From: an uncultured Flavobacteriales bacterium
Lineage (GTDB): Bacteria > Bacteroidota > Bacteroidia > Flavobacteriales > BACL11
Length of the DNA stretch: 64,000 bases
Assembly (NCBI GenBank): GCA_905478765.1
Contig: CAJQJY010000012.1
Coordinates: forward strand, 371-64,370
Reading direction: 5' to 3'
A model generated the notes under the pieces. The model saw only the letters and a list, made by a program, of their open reading frames with translations. It ran no database searches and was not told where the DNA came from. This document shows positions 8,738-17,143 of the stretch, piece after piece. Each line of letters opens with the position of its first letter. The stretch's first letter is position 1. Made by a program: the position numbers and the translations under genes.

Positions 8738-11008
8738 TTATTCTATAACTATTCTTTTCTCTACTGTCCCATCATTATATATGTAGAATAGAGTTGTCTT
8801 TATGTAAGGGAAATTATCTCTACCTAAAACATCAACAACTTTAATTAACGTTTTTTGATCATTATTAAAGTCATTTATTGCAGACACAGTGTTAAATATA
8901 AAATTGAGATTTGAAATACTATCACAACCAACTGAATTATCTAATGTAACAGAATAATCTCCAGAAGTAGTTAATATCAAACCATTCCAACTTATACTTA
9001 TACTAGAAACAAGTGTGTCGTATGATTCTGAATTATAATTACAACTTCCGTCATTTGTATTGGCTAAAGGATCATAGTTGCAGGCAAATGGATCAGTACA
9101 TCCCAAAATTTCATAACAATTTCCTCCCAGATTATTATCAATCCATACTAATCTATTGCCTATCCAAGTTTTTAAAAAATTCAGCTCATCTTGATAAGTA
9201 CTACCTACATAATAGTTAGGCCAAACATAAGTTCCTAAGCTTGGCCACTGCTGAAAATTTCTTTGCTGAGCATCATCCAAATAAAAAGACATACTATCAA
9301 TAAAAATAAAAATAGAATCCTGATGAAAACTCCTTTCACGCAAATATTCCCATCTGCATTTTAATTTATTTTGATAAGTAGTATCGTCCAAAAGTCTTTC
9401 GAACCAAAAAGGATTATTATCTCCACAGTCAGTATTTACTTCCCACCCAGAAGTAATTCCTCCATCACAATAATTAGCATTACCAAAAGCCAAATTATAG
9501 TCCCAAAAAGGGCCCATAATTAATTTGCCACCATTATCATCCCTATCTTTATAAATATAGGTGCTTAATCTATAGCCATCAATATTCTTTGAGAGTTCAT
9601 TTATTATATATAAATCAACAAAAGAATTTACATCAATAAATTTAGAATAACCTATTAAGCTATCTGTAAAATTTGGTCCAGCTAAAGCATATTCAAAACT
9701 ATCCATAAAATGCTCAATATAATCCATCTGTTGAGGCTGCAATGCACTCGCTTGTGGATAATGATATTGGATATATAAATTATTGCCACCAATATTAGGG
9801 AAATCTGAAAGCCAATCGACTCCTCCATTTCCTGTATACTTATCTACTTTTATTATATAACCTCCTGTCAAACTATCTCCAGCCACATCATTGGAATCTA
9901 ATTTTGCAATATCTACTCTATCATTATCTCTTTTTATTTTTTCCATCAAGATATATATCCCTTTGTAATCACCATTTACAACTAGTTCACAATAAACGGT
10001 TCTTGGGGAATAATTGCCCATCTTTCGTCCTAAATCAAAAGTCAAAAAGTTGCGCATTAAAGATTTATCAGAATATGGAGCGTATAATATCCAGTCATTT
10101 TCTACAGGCATTCCTAAAAGGGAAACATTATTATTATTTCCAACAGAGTCTTGTGTTTCTAATGCATATGGTTTTTTAGGAAATGATTGAGAAGAACTTC
10201 CTCTATATTCAATACTAATTTTTCCATTATAAACATTAAATGCATCATTTACAGAATTAATGTTTCCAAATCCATTATCAATAATTCCCATATCACAAAC
10301 AATTCTTGGATCATCTACAATATTTTGCCCTAAGGTATTAATTACTATTATGGGTAAATTTGAGTTAGTAAATATCAGCGGTGGCTGAAACCATGATGGA
10401 GTTGGAGCATAATTATTAGTTGTTGTACTTATCCCTAATGAAAAAAAAATACGGCTGGTTAAATCAGAGGAAGAAATATTGTCATTATGTACTTGAACAG
10501 ATAATACATTATTGCCTTGCTTTAAAACACTACTTAATAATTGTGTGTTGATTACAAATTGATCAGGATTTCCTCCTTGATACATTTGTGCTTCATGCAG
10601 TGAAGATGATCCTTGATTAAAAAGTGGATGGTCACCTACACTTCCAATATTTGCCCTTGCAATCTCAACATTGTTTAGATAAGCTACAAAAGAATCATCA
10701 TAATCTACATGCAAAATTGCAGCTTCAATTTCAGAAGTGTCAATAATTGTAAAGTTTTTACGTAAATAAAGTGATGTTACGGAATTGATAATAGTGTTAT
10801 CATCTCCATCTCCATAGCCAACCCCCCCCTGCCCCTGTATCCAGCTAGCATCATTAAAAGCTAATTTTCGCCAGTTTGTATCTGGTTCAATTATACCTTC
10901 TAAATATTTCCAAATACCATTATCAAATACTGCTGTTTCCCAATGATCAATATTTTGAGAAAGCGAATAAAAAGGTAAGCATACAAGTAATAATATCAGT
11001 TTTTTCAT
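8738..11008 (-). CDS. CotH kinase family protein, T9SS-secreted (type A C-terminal sorting domain)
   Basis: 756 aa. Signal peptide, CotH-like core (IEYRGSSSQSFPKKPYALE), Cys motif GCTDPFACNYDPLANTNDGSC, and C-terminal KVVDVLGRD..TLFYIYNDGTVEKRIVIE. Confidence 0.8.
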   Translation of the reverse strand: MKKLILLLVCLPFYSLSQNIDHWETAVFDNGIWKYLEGIIEPDTNWRKLAFNDASWIQGQGGVGYGDGDDNTIINSVTSLYLRKNFTIIDTSEIEAAILHVDYDDSFVAYLNNVEIARANIGSVGDHPLFNQGSSSLHEAQMYQGGNPDQFVINTQLLSSVLKQGNNVLSVQVHNDNISSSDLTSRIFFSLGISTTTNNYAPTPSWFQPPLIFTNSNLPIIVINTLGQNIVDDPRIVCDMGIIDNGFGNINSVNDAFNVYNGKISIEYRGSSSQSFPKKPYALETQDSVGNNNNVSLLGMPVENDWILYAPYSDKSLMRNFLTFDLGRKMGNYSPRTVYCELVVNGDYKGIYILMEKIKRDNDRVDIAKLDSNDVAGDSLTGGYIIKVDKYTGNGGVDWLSDFPNIGGNNLYIQYHYPQASALQPQQMDYIEHFMDSFEYALAGPNFTDSLIGYSKFIDVNSFVDLYIINELSKNIDGYRLSTYIYKDRDDNGGKLIMGPFWDYNLAFGNANYCDGGITSGWEVNTDCGDNNPFWFERLLDDTTYQNKLKCRWEYLRERSFHQDSIFIFIDSMSFYLDDAQQRNFQQWPSLGTYVWPNYYVGSTYQDELNFLKTWIGNRLVWIDNNLGGNCYEILGCTDPFACNYDPLANTNDGSCNYNSESYDTLVSSISISWNGLILTTSGDYSVTLDNSVGCDSISNLNFIFNTVSAINDFNNDQKTLIKVVDVLGRDNFPYIKTTLFYIYNDGTVEKRIVIE

Positions 11009-11233
11009 GTTGCTAATCTACTTATTTTTTAGTAGAATTGGAGAGTTCTAATTATTCCGTAAATTGATCGGGGTATCTGTCTGTGTACTTACACACTTTC
11101 AAAAGAATATTATACTTATAAACTATAATTTTTTCTTACTTTATCCAGTGCTCTTCTAATTCTTTTCTTCTTATCTATTTGTTCTATTAGTACTGGTTCT
11201 ACAATTTTTATTATATTGAAAATTGTATAGGGT

Positions 11234-11261
11234 AATAAAAAACCCCACCATTACAGTGAGG
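11234..11261 (-). terminator. rho-independent terminator after the CAU tRNA
   Basis: Minus-strand RNA reads CCUCAC-UGUAAUG-GUGGGG (6 bp including one G.U) followed by UUUUUUAUU. It begins 6 nt after the tRNA 3' end. Confidence 0.55.
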
Positions 11262-11267
11262 TTTCAG

Positions 11268-11341
11268 TGGGCCCAGTTGGGCTTGAACCAACGACCCCTT
11301 GATTATGAGTCAAGTGCTCTAACCAGCTGAGCTATGGGCCC
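11268..11341 (-). tRNA. tRNA with CAU anticodon; elongator type, probably tRNA-Ile2 (lysidine), alternatively tRNA-Met
   Basis: Reverse complement is GGGCCCATAGCTCAGCTGGTTAGAGCACTTGACTCATAATCAAGGGGTCGTTGGTTCAAGCCCAACTGGGCCCA. Clean 74-nt cloverleaf with anticodon loop CTCATAA. No C1:A72 mismatch and no GGG/CCC anticodon stem, so it is not an initiator. C4:G69 and C5:G68 resemble E. coli ileX. Confidence 0.85.
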
Positions 11342-11358
11342 TCCTTAAAAAGGATGTG

Positions 11359-11391
11359 CAAAACTATCAAAATTGTTTAATTATGTGCAAA
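11359..11391 (-). promoter_or_regulatory. -33 TTTG / -7 TAGTTTTG promoter for the CAU tRNA
   Basis: On the minus strand, TTTG (11391-11388), a 21-nt spacer, then TAGTTTTG (11366-11359), 17 nt upstream of the tRNA 5' end. Confidence 0.5.
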
Positions 11392-11399
11392 TTTGAAGC

Positions 11400-12020
11400 A
11401 TGAAAAACATCAAAACAATTATTTTTGATTTAGGTGCTGTTTTACTGAATATAAACTACCAGCTTACTATTACTGAATTTGCTAAATTGGGAGTGAAAAA
11501 TGCAGACTCTTTTTACTCTAAGGAAGTTCAAACAAATTTGTTTAATGATATTGAAAGTGGGGAAATATCAGCCGACAGCTTTTTAAAATTATTACAGAAA
11601 GAAACTAACAATGCAAGCAAAAATGAAGTTAGAAATGCTTGGAACGCTATGTTAATAGATTTACCAAAAGAAAGAATTGAGTTACTAAAACAACTGAAAC
11701 AAGATTTTCCTATTTATCTTTTATCGAATACAAATTCTATTCATATTTCTGAATTCAGAAAAAAAATAGGAGAAACAAAGTATCAGGAATTCTATAATTT
11801 ATTTGATAAAGTATATTATTCTCATGAAATAGGATTTAGAAAGCCTAATAAAGAAGCATTTCAGATTATTTTAGATGAAAATAACTTTAATGCAAATGAG
11901 GTTCTATTTATTGATGATTCTCCTCAGCATATTGAAGGTGCAAAAAATCTAGGGATAAAAACTTACCATTTAAAAGATAGTGATGAAGTTACTACTTTAT
12001 TTCCTGACATAGCTCTATAA
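11400..12020 (+). CDS. HAD family hydrolase (subfamily IA)
   Basis: Motif I IIFDLGAVLL, motif II LLSNTN, motif IV LFIDDS. Confidence 0.8.
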   Translation: MKNIKTIIFDLGAVLLNINYQLTITEFAKLGVKNADSFYSKEVQTNLFNDIESGEISADSFLKLLQKETNNASKNEVRNAWNAMLIDLPKERIELLKQLKQDFPIYLLSNTNSIHISEFRKKIGETKYQEFYNLFDKVYYSHEIGFRKPNKEAFQIILDENNFNANEVLFIDDSPQHIEGAKNLGIKTYHLKDSDEVTTLFPDIAL

Positions 12021-12393
12021 GAACTCCATTGGTAGAATTCGGATGTAAAAAACAAATCAATTTATTATCCGCTCCTTTTTTAGGAACATCATTCAACAAT
12101 GTAATTCCTTCATTTTTCAACCTTTCCATTTCTACCTCTATATTATCAACAGCAAATGCAATATGGTGCATTCCTTCTCTGTTTCTTGACAAGAATTTTG
12201 AAATAGGACTATCAGGATTTGTTGCGGCAACCAACTCAATTTTATTTTCACCAATCTGAAAAAATGATGTTACAACTCCTTCGGATTCTACCTTCTCTGA
12301 TTTGTAATTTTCTTTACCAAATACCTTTTCGAATATTTTATTGGACGCATCAATGTCAGTAACTGCAATGCCAATATGTTCTATTTTCTGCAT
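11992..12393 (-). CDS. mce: methylmalonyl-CoA epimerase (VOC/glyoxalase fold)
   Basis: 133 aa. KIEHIGIAVTDI, MHHIAFAV, GVLIELCQ. Confidence 0.8.
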   Translation of the reverse strand: MQKIEHIGIAVTDIDASNKIFEKVFGKENYKSEKVESEGVVTSFFQIGENKIELVAATNPDSPISKFLSRNREGMHHIAFAVDNIEVEMERLKNEGITLLNDVPKKGADNKLICFLHPNSTNGVLIELCQEIK

Positions 12394-12394
12394 C

Positions 12395-13318
12395 TTAGTA
12401 CTCCCAAAAACCTATATGCCTTTGGTTCACTAAAGTTTGAATTCTGTATGAAATCACAAGCTCGTGTGTCCCAAAAGTATGGGGCATTATTTCGCCAGCA
12501 AAAGCATGATCGTATGAGTATGATATATGCATGTTATTTGCAGCAAAACCAATTGAGAAAACAGTCGTACCATTTGTTCTGTAAGTAAGTCCTGCCCAAT
12601 TTTTCTCAAGATAAAAAATTCTTGTTGTTAAATCAGAGACACTCTTTTGATATTGCATTTTTCTAATTAAAAATGATGGTTCTAAATGCCAATCATTATT
12701 CATAATTAAGAAACGATAAGCTCCAATTCCATAATAATTTCTAAACTCATCATTCCCATTAACACTGCCTTCAATTGGTGTGTTAAATGATGATTGAAAT
12801 AGATTTGAAATAGCAAACCCAAAATAAAAATCTCTAGCATATAAATAAGTTCCAGAAGATGCATCACCTAATGTTTTATCATAAGAGCTAGTTGAAAATG
12901 CGTTATCAACTCCTGGAGGTAGATCTCCTTTATTAAAATCTAAATTATGATACATTATTTTAGCTCCTAATCCGAAAGACAAATTTACATTATCATAATT
13001 TAATGGGATGTGATAAGCATAATTTAAATGTAAATTAGCTTGTAATGATGGGAATGCTCTATCAATCATTAAATAACCACCCATTGCTGATCTTGTATTC
13101 AAAGCACCATGATAACTAATATTTGTAGTAAGTGGTGCTCCTTCAAAACCAAGCCACTGTTGCCTTGTTTGTAATGTTAATGGATTGTATGTTTTACTTC
13201 CTGAAATTGCAGGATTTATTGCCATATCATTTACATAATATTGAGTAAATAATGCTTCTTGTTGTCCAAAAGCGATTGCACTATAAAGAATACTAATTAT
13301 TATAAAAATATTTTTCAT
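12395..13318 (-). CDS. PorP/SprF family type IX secretion system membrane protein
   Basis: Signal peptide, then QQEALFTQYYVNDMAINPAISG. Beta-barrel-like, ends in aromatic residues. Lies immediately downstream of a type-B CTD cargo gene. Confidence 0.85.
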   Translation of the reverse strand: MKNIFIIISILYSAIAFGQQEALFTQYYVNDMAINPAISGSKTYNPLTLQTRQQWLGFEGAPLTTNISYHGALNTRSAMGGYLMIDRAFPSLQANLHLNYAYHIPLNYDNVNLSFGLGAKIMYHNLDFNKGDLPPGVDNAFSTSSYDKTLGDASSGTYLYARDFYFGFAISNLFQSSFNTPIEGSVNGNDEFRNYYGIGAYRFLIMNNDWHLEPSFLIRKMQYQKSVSDLTTRIFYLEKNWAGLTYRTNGTTVFSIGFAANNMHISYSYDHAFAGEIMPHTFGTHELVISYRIQTLVNQRHIGFWEY

Positions 13319-14454
13319 TACCTTACTATTGTTAAAGTTCCTTTAAATACATCATCCCCATTCTCTAAGTTTATTATATAATAATAAGTCCCTGATGGGA
13401 TTGTCTGACCCTCCGCATCTTTACCGCCAAACGCAACTCCTTCTGCATTTTCATAATTTCTTCTTCTATAGATTTGAGATCCATTTCTATTATAAATAGA
13501 GACAACAGCTTCTGGATATAAACCAATGTTCTCTATTGCCCAATATTCATTAGTATCATCACCATTAGGTGAAAATGCTCTATATGGACTAAGACAAAGA
13601 TTTGGATTTGATTTCACTTCAACACTATCTCTTACCACACAACCCATCGCATCAGTTATATTTACATAATATAATCCAGGAAACAAGCCTTTAATTACAG
13701 AAAATGAATCTATTGGTGTAAAGTCTGTTTCCTCATCCATTGACTCAAAATCCCAATCAAATTGATAAGGCGGAGTACCTGTTCCTTGATTTACAAACAC
13801 TCTAGCCTCTCCAGAATTATCATCTTTACAAATTGCTCCAACTGATGACATATAGGGATTTATCTTTATCACGGAAGATATGAAAGTGTCTTGAATTGCT
13901 GATGTGCAGCCATTTTCATCAGTAATATTTAAATAGTAATTTCCAACTGTTAAATTAAGTGCAGTATCATTTGTTGTAACAACAGACCCAAGATCATCAG
14001 TTAACTGATAACTATAAGATTCCCCTGAGTTAGAAGGTGTTCCTCCAATAACAATAAAACTTAAATCTGCCGAATCAGAAGCGCTACAAATATCTGTAAT
14101 TGAAAATAACGCTTCAATTGGGGAGGTTTCATAAACAATAAAATCATGTGGCATTTGACAAATTAAAGGTGTGGAAGCATCATGAGGTGTACTATATAAA
14201 GAAATTGTTAAGGTATAAGTCCCTGCTTCAAGTGTGTTAATGTCTAACGCATTTGCAGTATAACTATTTGGTCCTAACCAACTAAAATCTTTATCAATAG
14301 ATGCCTGAACAAACAAATCAATTGATCCTGTATTGCCTCCATTGCATAAAATATGTGTAATATTTACTGATGTCGTATCATAACCACATTGAGCTTTAGA
14401 TGAAATCCCTAGCAAAATACCAAATGCAATTAATACTATTTTTATGTTTTTCAT
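13318..14454 (-). CDS. SprB-repeat cell-surface protein with T9SS type B (gliding-motility-associated) C-terminal domain
   Basis: Start moved to MKNIKIVLIAFGILLGISSKAQC, because the ORF-track start would run through tRNA-Cys and its terminator. Repeats ILCNGGNTGSIDL and PPYQFDW. CTD AFSPNGDDTNEYWAIENI..YNRNGSQIY..GTYYYII. Confidence 0.8.
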   Translation of the reverse strand: MKNIKIVLIAFGILLGISSKAQCGYDTTSVNITHILCNGGNTGSIDLFVQASIDKDFSWLGPNSYTANALDINTLEAGTYTLTISLYSTPHDASTPLICQMPHDFIVYETSPIEALFSITDICSASDSADLSFIVIGGTPSNSGESYSYQLTDDLGSVVTTNDTALNLTVGNYYLNITDENGCTSAIQDTFISSVIKINPYMSSVGAICKDDNSGEARVFVNQGTGTPPYQFDWDFESMDEETDFTPIDSFSVIKGLFPGLYYVNITDAMGCVVRDSVEVKSNPNLCLSPYRAFSPNGDDTNEYWAIENIGLYPEAVVSIYNRNGSQIYRRRNYENAEGVAFGGKDAEGQTIPSGTYYYIINLENGDDVFKGTLTIVR

Positions 14455-14471
14455 AATAAATTTTAGATTGA

Positions 14472-14479
14472 CAAATATA
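14472..14479 (-). promoter_or_regulatory. -7 box TATATTTG for the SprB-repeat gene
   Basis: TAnnTTTG on the minus strand, 17 nt upstream of the ATG at 14454. It abuts the U-tract of the tRNA-Cys terminator. Confidence 0.4.
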
Positions 14480-14515
14480 TAAAAAAAAGGTTTGCTATTT
14501 CTAACAAACCTTTTT
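14478..14515 (-). terminator. rho-independent terminator after tRNA-Cys
   Basis: Minus-strand RNA reads AAAAGGUUUG-UUAGAAAUAG-CAAACCUUUU followed by a U-run. It begins 2 nt after the tRNA 3' end. Confidence 0.75.
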
Positions 14516-14516
14516 G

Positions 14517-14587
14517 AGGTATCGAGCAGATTCGAACTGCTGTAGATGGTGTTGCAGACCACTGCCTAGCCACTCGGCCACGATACC
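14517..14587 (-). tRNA. tRNA-Cys (anticodon GCA)
   Basis: Reverse complement is GGTATCGTGGCCGAGTGGCTAGGCAGTGGTCTGCAACACCATCTACAGCAGTTCGAATCTGCTCGATACCT. Acceptor GGTATCG/CGATACC, loop CTGCAAC, T arm AGCAG-TTCGAAT-CTGCT, and discriminator U73 as expected for tRNA-Cys. Confidence 0.88.
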
Positions 14588-14598
14588 ATTTAATGTTG

Positions 14599-14606
14599 CA
14601 AATTTA
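14599..14606 (-). promoter_or_regulatory. -7 box TAAATTTG for tRNA-Cys
   Basis: TAnnTTTG on the minus strand, 11 nt upstream of the tRNA 5' end. Confidence 0.45.
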
Positions 14607-14643
14607 ATTATTTTTACACTAACAGCAGCCTAAATAAATTAAA

Positions 14644-15207
14644 TTATTTTCCATTAAAATCGGACATGGTACGACCTATACCAATAGTAGTAAAGCCATG
14701 AATCATTTTTACAGCTAAATCGATTCGTTCATCCATAGTAGTGTAGTCCTTGTCAGTAAAATTATCTAATACATAATCAACTTGTCGGCCCCTTAGAAAA
14801 TCGTTACCAACCCCAAAACGCAACCTAGGGTATTTTACACTATTTATTACGTTTTGAATATCCTTTAAGCCATTATGCCCCCCGTTAGAGCCCTTTTTTC
14901 GCAAGCGCAATACACCAAAAGGCAAAGAGATATCATCAGTAATAACTAAAAGATTATCAATACTTACTTTAGATTGTTGCAGCCAGTAATTAACTGCCTT
15001 ACCACTTAAATTCATAAAAGTTGTTGGCTTGATCAATATCAATTTTCTTCCTTTAAATTTAATATCAGCAATATCAGCTAATTTATCAGCGGTAAAAGAA
15101 ATGTTGGACAAGCTTGCAAGCTTATCCAACACTTTAAATCCTATATTGTGCCTTGTATTTTCATACTTAGCACCAGGGTTACCTAATCCTATGATTAAGT
15201 ACTTCAT
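14644..15207 (-). CDS. pth: peptidyl-tRNA hydrolase
   Basis: MKYLIIGLGNPGAKYENTRHNIGF..GGHNGLKDI. Confidence 0.92.
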   Translation of the reverse strand: MKYLIIGLGNPGAKYENTRHNIGFKVLDKLASLSNISFTADKLADIADIKFKGRKLILIKPTTFMNLSGKAVNYWLQQSKVSIDNLLVITDDISLPFGVLRLRKKGSNGGHNGLKDIQNVINSVKYPRLRFGVGNDFLRGRQVDYVLDNFTDKDYTTMDERIDLAVKMIHGFTTIGIGRTMSDFNGK

Positions 15208-15210
15208 AAT

Positions 15211-15867
15211 TTATTCGGCTGCTGGACCTTCTGATTTTTCAGCACCTTCCACAGGTGCATCTCCTCCTTCAGCACCTTCTTCTCCTTCAATCCCTTCCTC
15301 TTCTTCAACCTCCTCTTCAATAGCAGCTCTTGCAGTTTTAACGCCAACAACAACTGAGTTTCCAGGAGCTAAGAATTCACATCCATCCATTTTAATATCT
15401 TTAATGTAGATAAACATACCGATTTTTAAATGCTCAATGTTGATTGTAATTGCATCTGGTAAGCTTGCAGCTAAACCTTTAGTAATAATTTTTGGTCTTC
15501 TGAACATTAAGTTACCACCATTCTTAACTCCCGGCGCTGCGCCTTCTAAAATAACTGGAAGTGTAACCGTGATTGGTTTACCTTCAATAACTTCTAAGAA
15601 ATCAATGTGTAAAATTTTGTCAGTTACTGGGTGAAACTGAATATCCTGCAAGATAGCCCTTACTTTGCTACCATCAATATTAAGTTCCGCAATAAAAGTA
15701 TCTGGAGTGTACACAAGTTTTCTAAAGTCATTTTCATGAGCATAGAAAGTCACTTGCTTTTCTCCCCCGTAAAGTACACACGGTACATTACCCTGATTTC
15801 TTAACGCACGAGTGTTAGTTTTCCCAACATTCTGTCTTTCTTTTACGTTAATTGCTAGTGTTTTCAT
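15211..15867 (-). CDS. rplY: 50S ribosomal protein L25/general stress protein Ctc, with acidic C-terminal tail
   Basis: The 218-aa N-terminal part resembles L25/Ctc (RALRNQGNVPCVLYGG). The tail is EEEVEEEEGIEGEEGAEGG. Confidence 0.88.
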   Translation of the reverse strand: MKTLAINVKERQNVGKTNTRALRNQGNVPCVLYGGEKQVTFYAHENDFRKLVYTPDTFIAELNIDGSKVRAILQDIQFHPVTDKILHIDFLEVIEGKPITVTLPVILEGAAPGVKNGGNLMFRRPKIITKGLAASLPDAITINIEHLKIGMFIYIKDIKMDGCEFLAPGNSVVVGVKTARAAIEEEVEEEEGIEGEEGAEGGDAPVEGAEKSEGPAAE

Positions 15868-15894
15868 TTTTATTTAAATTTGATTATTAATTCT

Positions 15895-16836
15895 CTATGA
15901 TTTGTTGCTTTCCCATTTGTCAGAGATCGACTCATTATTTACAACAGAATTGATTGTTTGAGCAAAGAAACTAGCAACTGAAATTTCTCTTACTTTATTA
16001 CTATTATGCGACTTTGGAATTGTATTGGTAATTATTAATTCAGAAATAGATGAAGCATCTAATCTTTCGTAAGCCGTACCTGATAAAATACCATGCGTAC
16101 AATAAGCACGAACACTTGTTGCTCCATTTTTAAGCATTAAATCAGCTGCTTTAGTAAGTGTTCCTGCTGTATCAACCATATCGTCAATAATGACAACATC
16201 CTTACCCTCAACATCACCAAGTACTTTCATATCACCAATTACATTGGCTTCTTTTCTTTCTTTATAACAAATAACTACTCCTGATTTTAAGATTTTAGCA
16301 TACGCATTTGCTCTTTTAGAGCCTCCCATATCAGGAGAAGCAATTACTAAATTATTAAGGTTTAGGCTTTTTATATCTTTAATAAAAAGTTCAGAAGCAT
16401 ATAAATGATCAACAGGTACCTCAAAAAAGCCTTGAATTTGATCGGCATGTAAATCAATCGTCATAATACGATCTACTCCTGCTGCAGTAAGTAAATTGGA
16501 AACTAATTTTGCTCCTATCGGCACTCTTGGCTTTCCTTTTTTGTCCTGACGAGCATAACCAAAATAAGGCATAACCGCAATAATATTTGCAGCTGAAGCT
16601 CTTTTTGCAGCATCAATCATTAGCAATAATTCCATCAAATTATCAGAAGGAGGTGTGGTAGATTGTATTAAAAATACGTCAGCACCTCTAACTGTTTCAT
16701 CAAATGATGGCTCAAACTCTCCATCAGAAAAATCTACCATTGAAGACTTATTTAGCTCAACACCAAAGGTATTGGCAATTTGCTTAGCTAAGTGCTTAGT
16801 ATTGTTTCCCGCAAAAAATTTAAGTGGTCTTTTCAT
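15895..16836 (-). CDS. prs: ribose-phosphate pyrophosphokinase
   Basis: Start moved to MKRPLKFFAGNN, because a -7 box lies between the ORF-track Met and this Met. Motifs YFGYARQDKK and VIIDDMVDTAGT. Confidence 0.9.
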   Translation of the reverse strand: MKRPLKFFAGNNTKHLAKQIANTFGVELNKSSMVDFSDGEFEPSFDETVRGADVFLIQSTTPPSDNLMELLLMIDAAKRASAANIIAVMPYFGYARQDKKGKPRVPIGAKLVSNLLTAAGVDRIMTIDLHADQIQGFFEVPVDHLYASELFIKDIKSLNLNNLVIASPDMGGSKRANAYAKILKSGVVICYKERKEANVIGDMKVLGDVEGKDVVIIDDMVDTAGTLTKAADLMLKNGATSVRAYCTHGILSGTAYERLDASSISELIITNTIPKSHNSNKVREISVASFFAQTINSVVNNESISDKWESNKS

Positions 16837-16861
16837 TATAATGCCTTGTCCAAAAAGGGTG

Positions 16862-16869
16862 CAAATATA
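16862..16869 (-). promoter_or_regulatory. -7 box TATATTTG for prs
   Basis: TAnnTTTG on the minus strand, 25 nt upstream of the ATG at 16836. Confidence 0.4.
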
Positions 16870-16939
16870 CACTTTCAGCTTTAATTATACTAAGATTTTT
16901 ATTTTTTAGTTTATATGGGTATGAATTGCTCTAAACTTC

Positions 16940-16947
16940 TATTTTTG
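16940..16947 (+). promoter_or_regulatory. -7 box TATTTTTG for tRNA-Leu
   Basis: TAnnTTTG, 13 nt upstream of the tRNA 5' end. Confidence 0.45.
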
Positions 16948-16960
16948 CAGCTCGTAAAAT

Positions 16961-17042
16961 GCCCAGGTGGCGGAATTGGTAGACGCGTTGGTCTCAAACA
17001 CCAATGGTGCAAACCGTGCCGGTTCGAGCCCGGCTCTGGGTA
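16961..17042 (+). tRNA. tRNA-Leu (anticodon CAA), class II with long variable arm
   Basis: GCCCAGGTGGCGGAATTGGTAGACGCGTTGGTCTCAAACACCAATGGTGCAAACCGTGCCGGTTCGAGCCCGGCTCTGGGTA. Anticodon stem TTGGT/ACCAA with loop CTCAAAC, 13-nt variable arm, T arm GCCGG-TTCGAGC-CCGGC. Confidence 0.88.
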
Positions 17043-17043
17043 C

Positions 17044-17074
17044 AAAAGCAGAAACTTTAAGTTTCTGCTTTTTT
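17044..17074 (+). terminator. rho-independent terminator after tRNA-Leu
   Basis: AAAAGCAGAAAC-TTTAA-GTTTCTGCTTTT, a 12-bp perfect stem running into a T-run. Confidence 0.8.
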
Positions 17075-17143
17075 ATATCCCTAAATTCTATTCAAAAATA
17101 ACAAGACTTTTTACTATCTTGCACTTTTATACACAAGCACAGA

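Noticed and set aside
14455-14562. N-terminal extensions proposed by the ORF track (14455-14562, 16837-16872, 26367-26405, 29215-29331, 31557-31709, 37192-37212, 39727-39801, 46168-46242)
   Set aside because: The extensions run through a tRNA gene and terminator, contain the gene's own -7 box, or overlap the neighbouring gene. In each case an internal Met followed by a canonical N-terminus or signal peptide gives a better model.
15029-15409. 126-aa plus-strand ORF with a Pro/Ser-rich low-complexity tail (PSAPSSPSIPSSSSTSSS)
   Set aside because: It is the antisense reading of pth and of the acidic GAA/GAG-rich tail of rplY. The low complexity simply mirrors the Glu-rich tail, and both sense genes are well supported.
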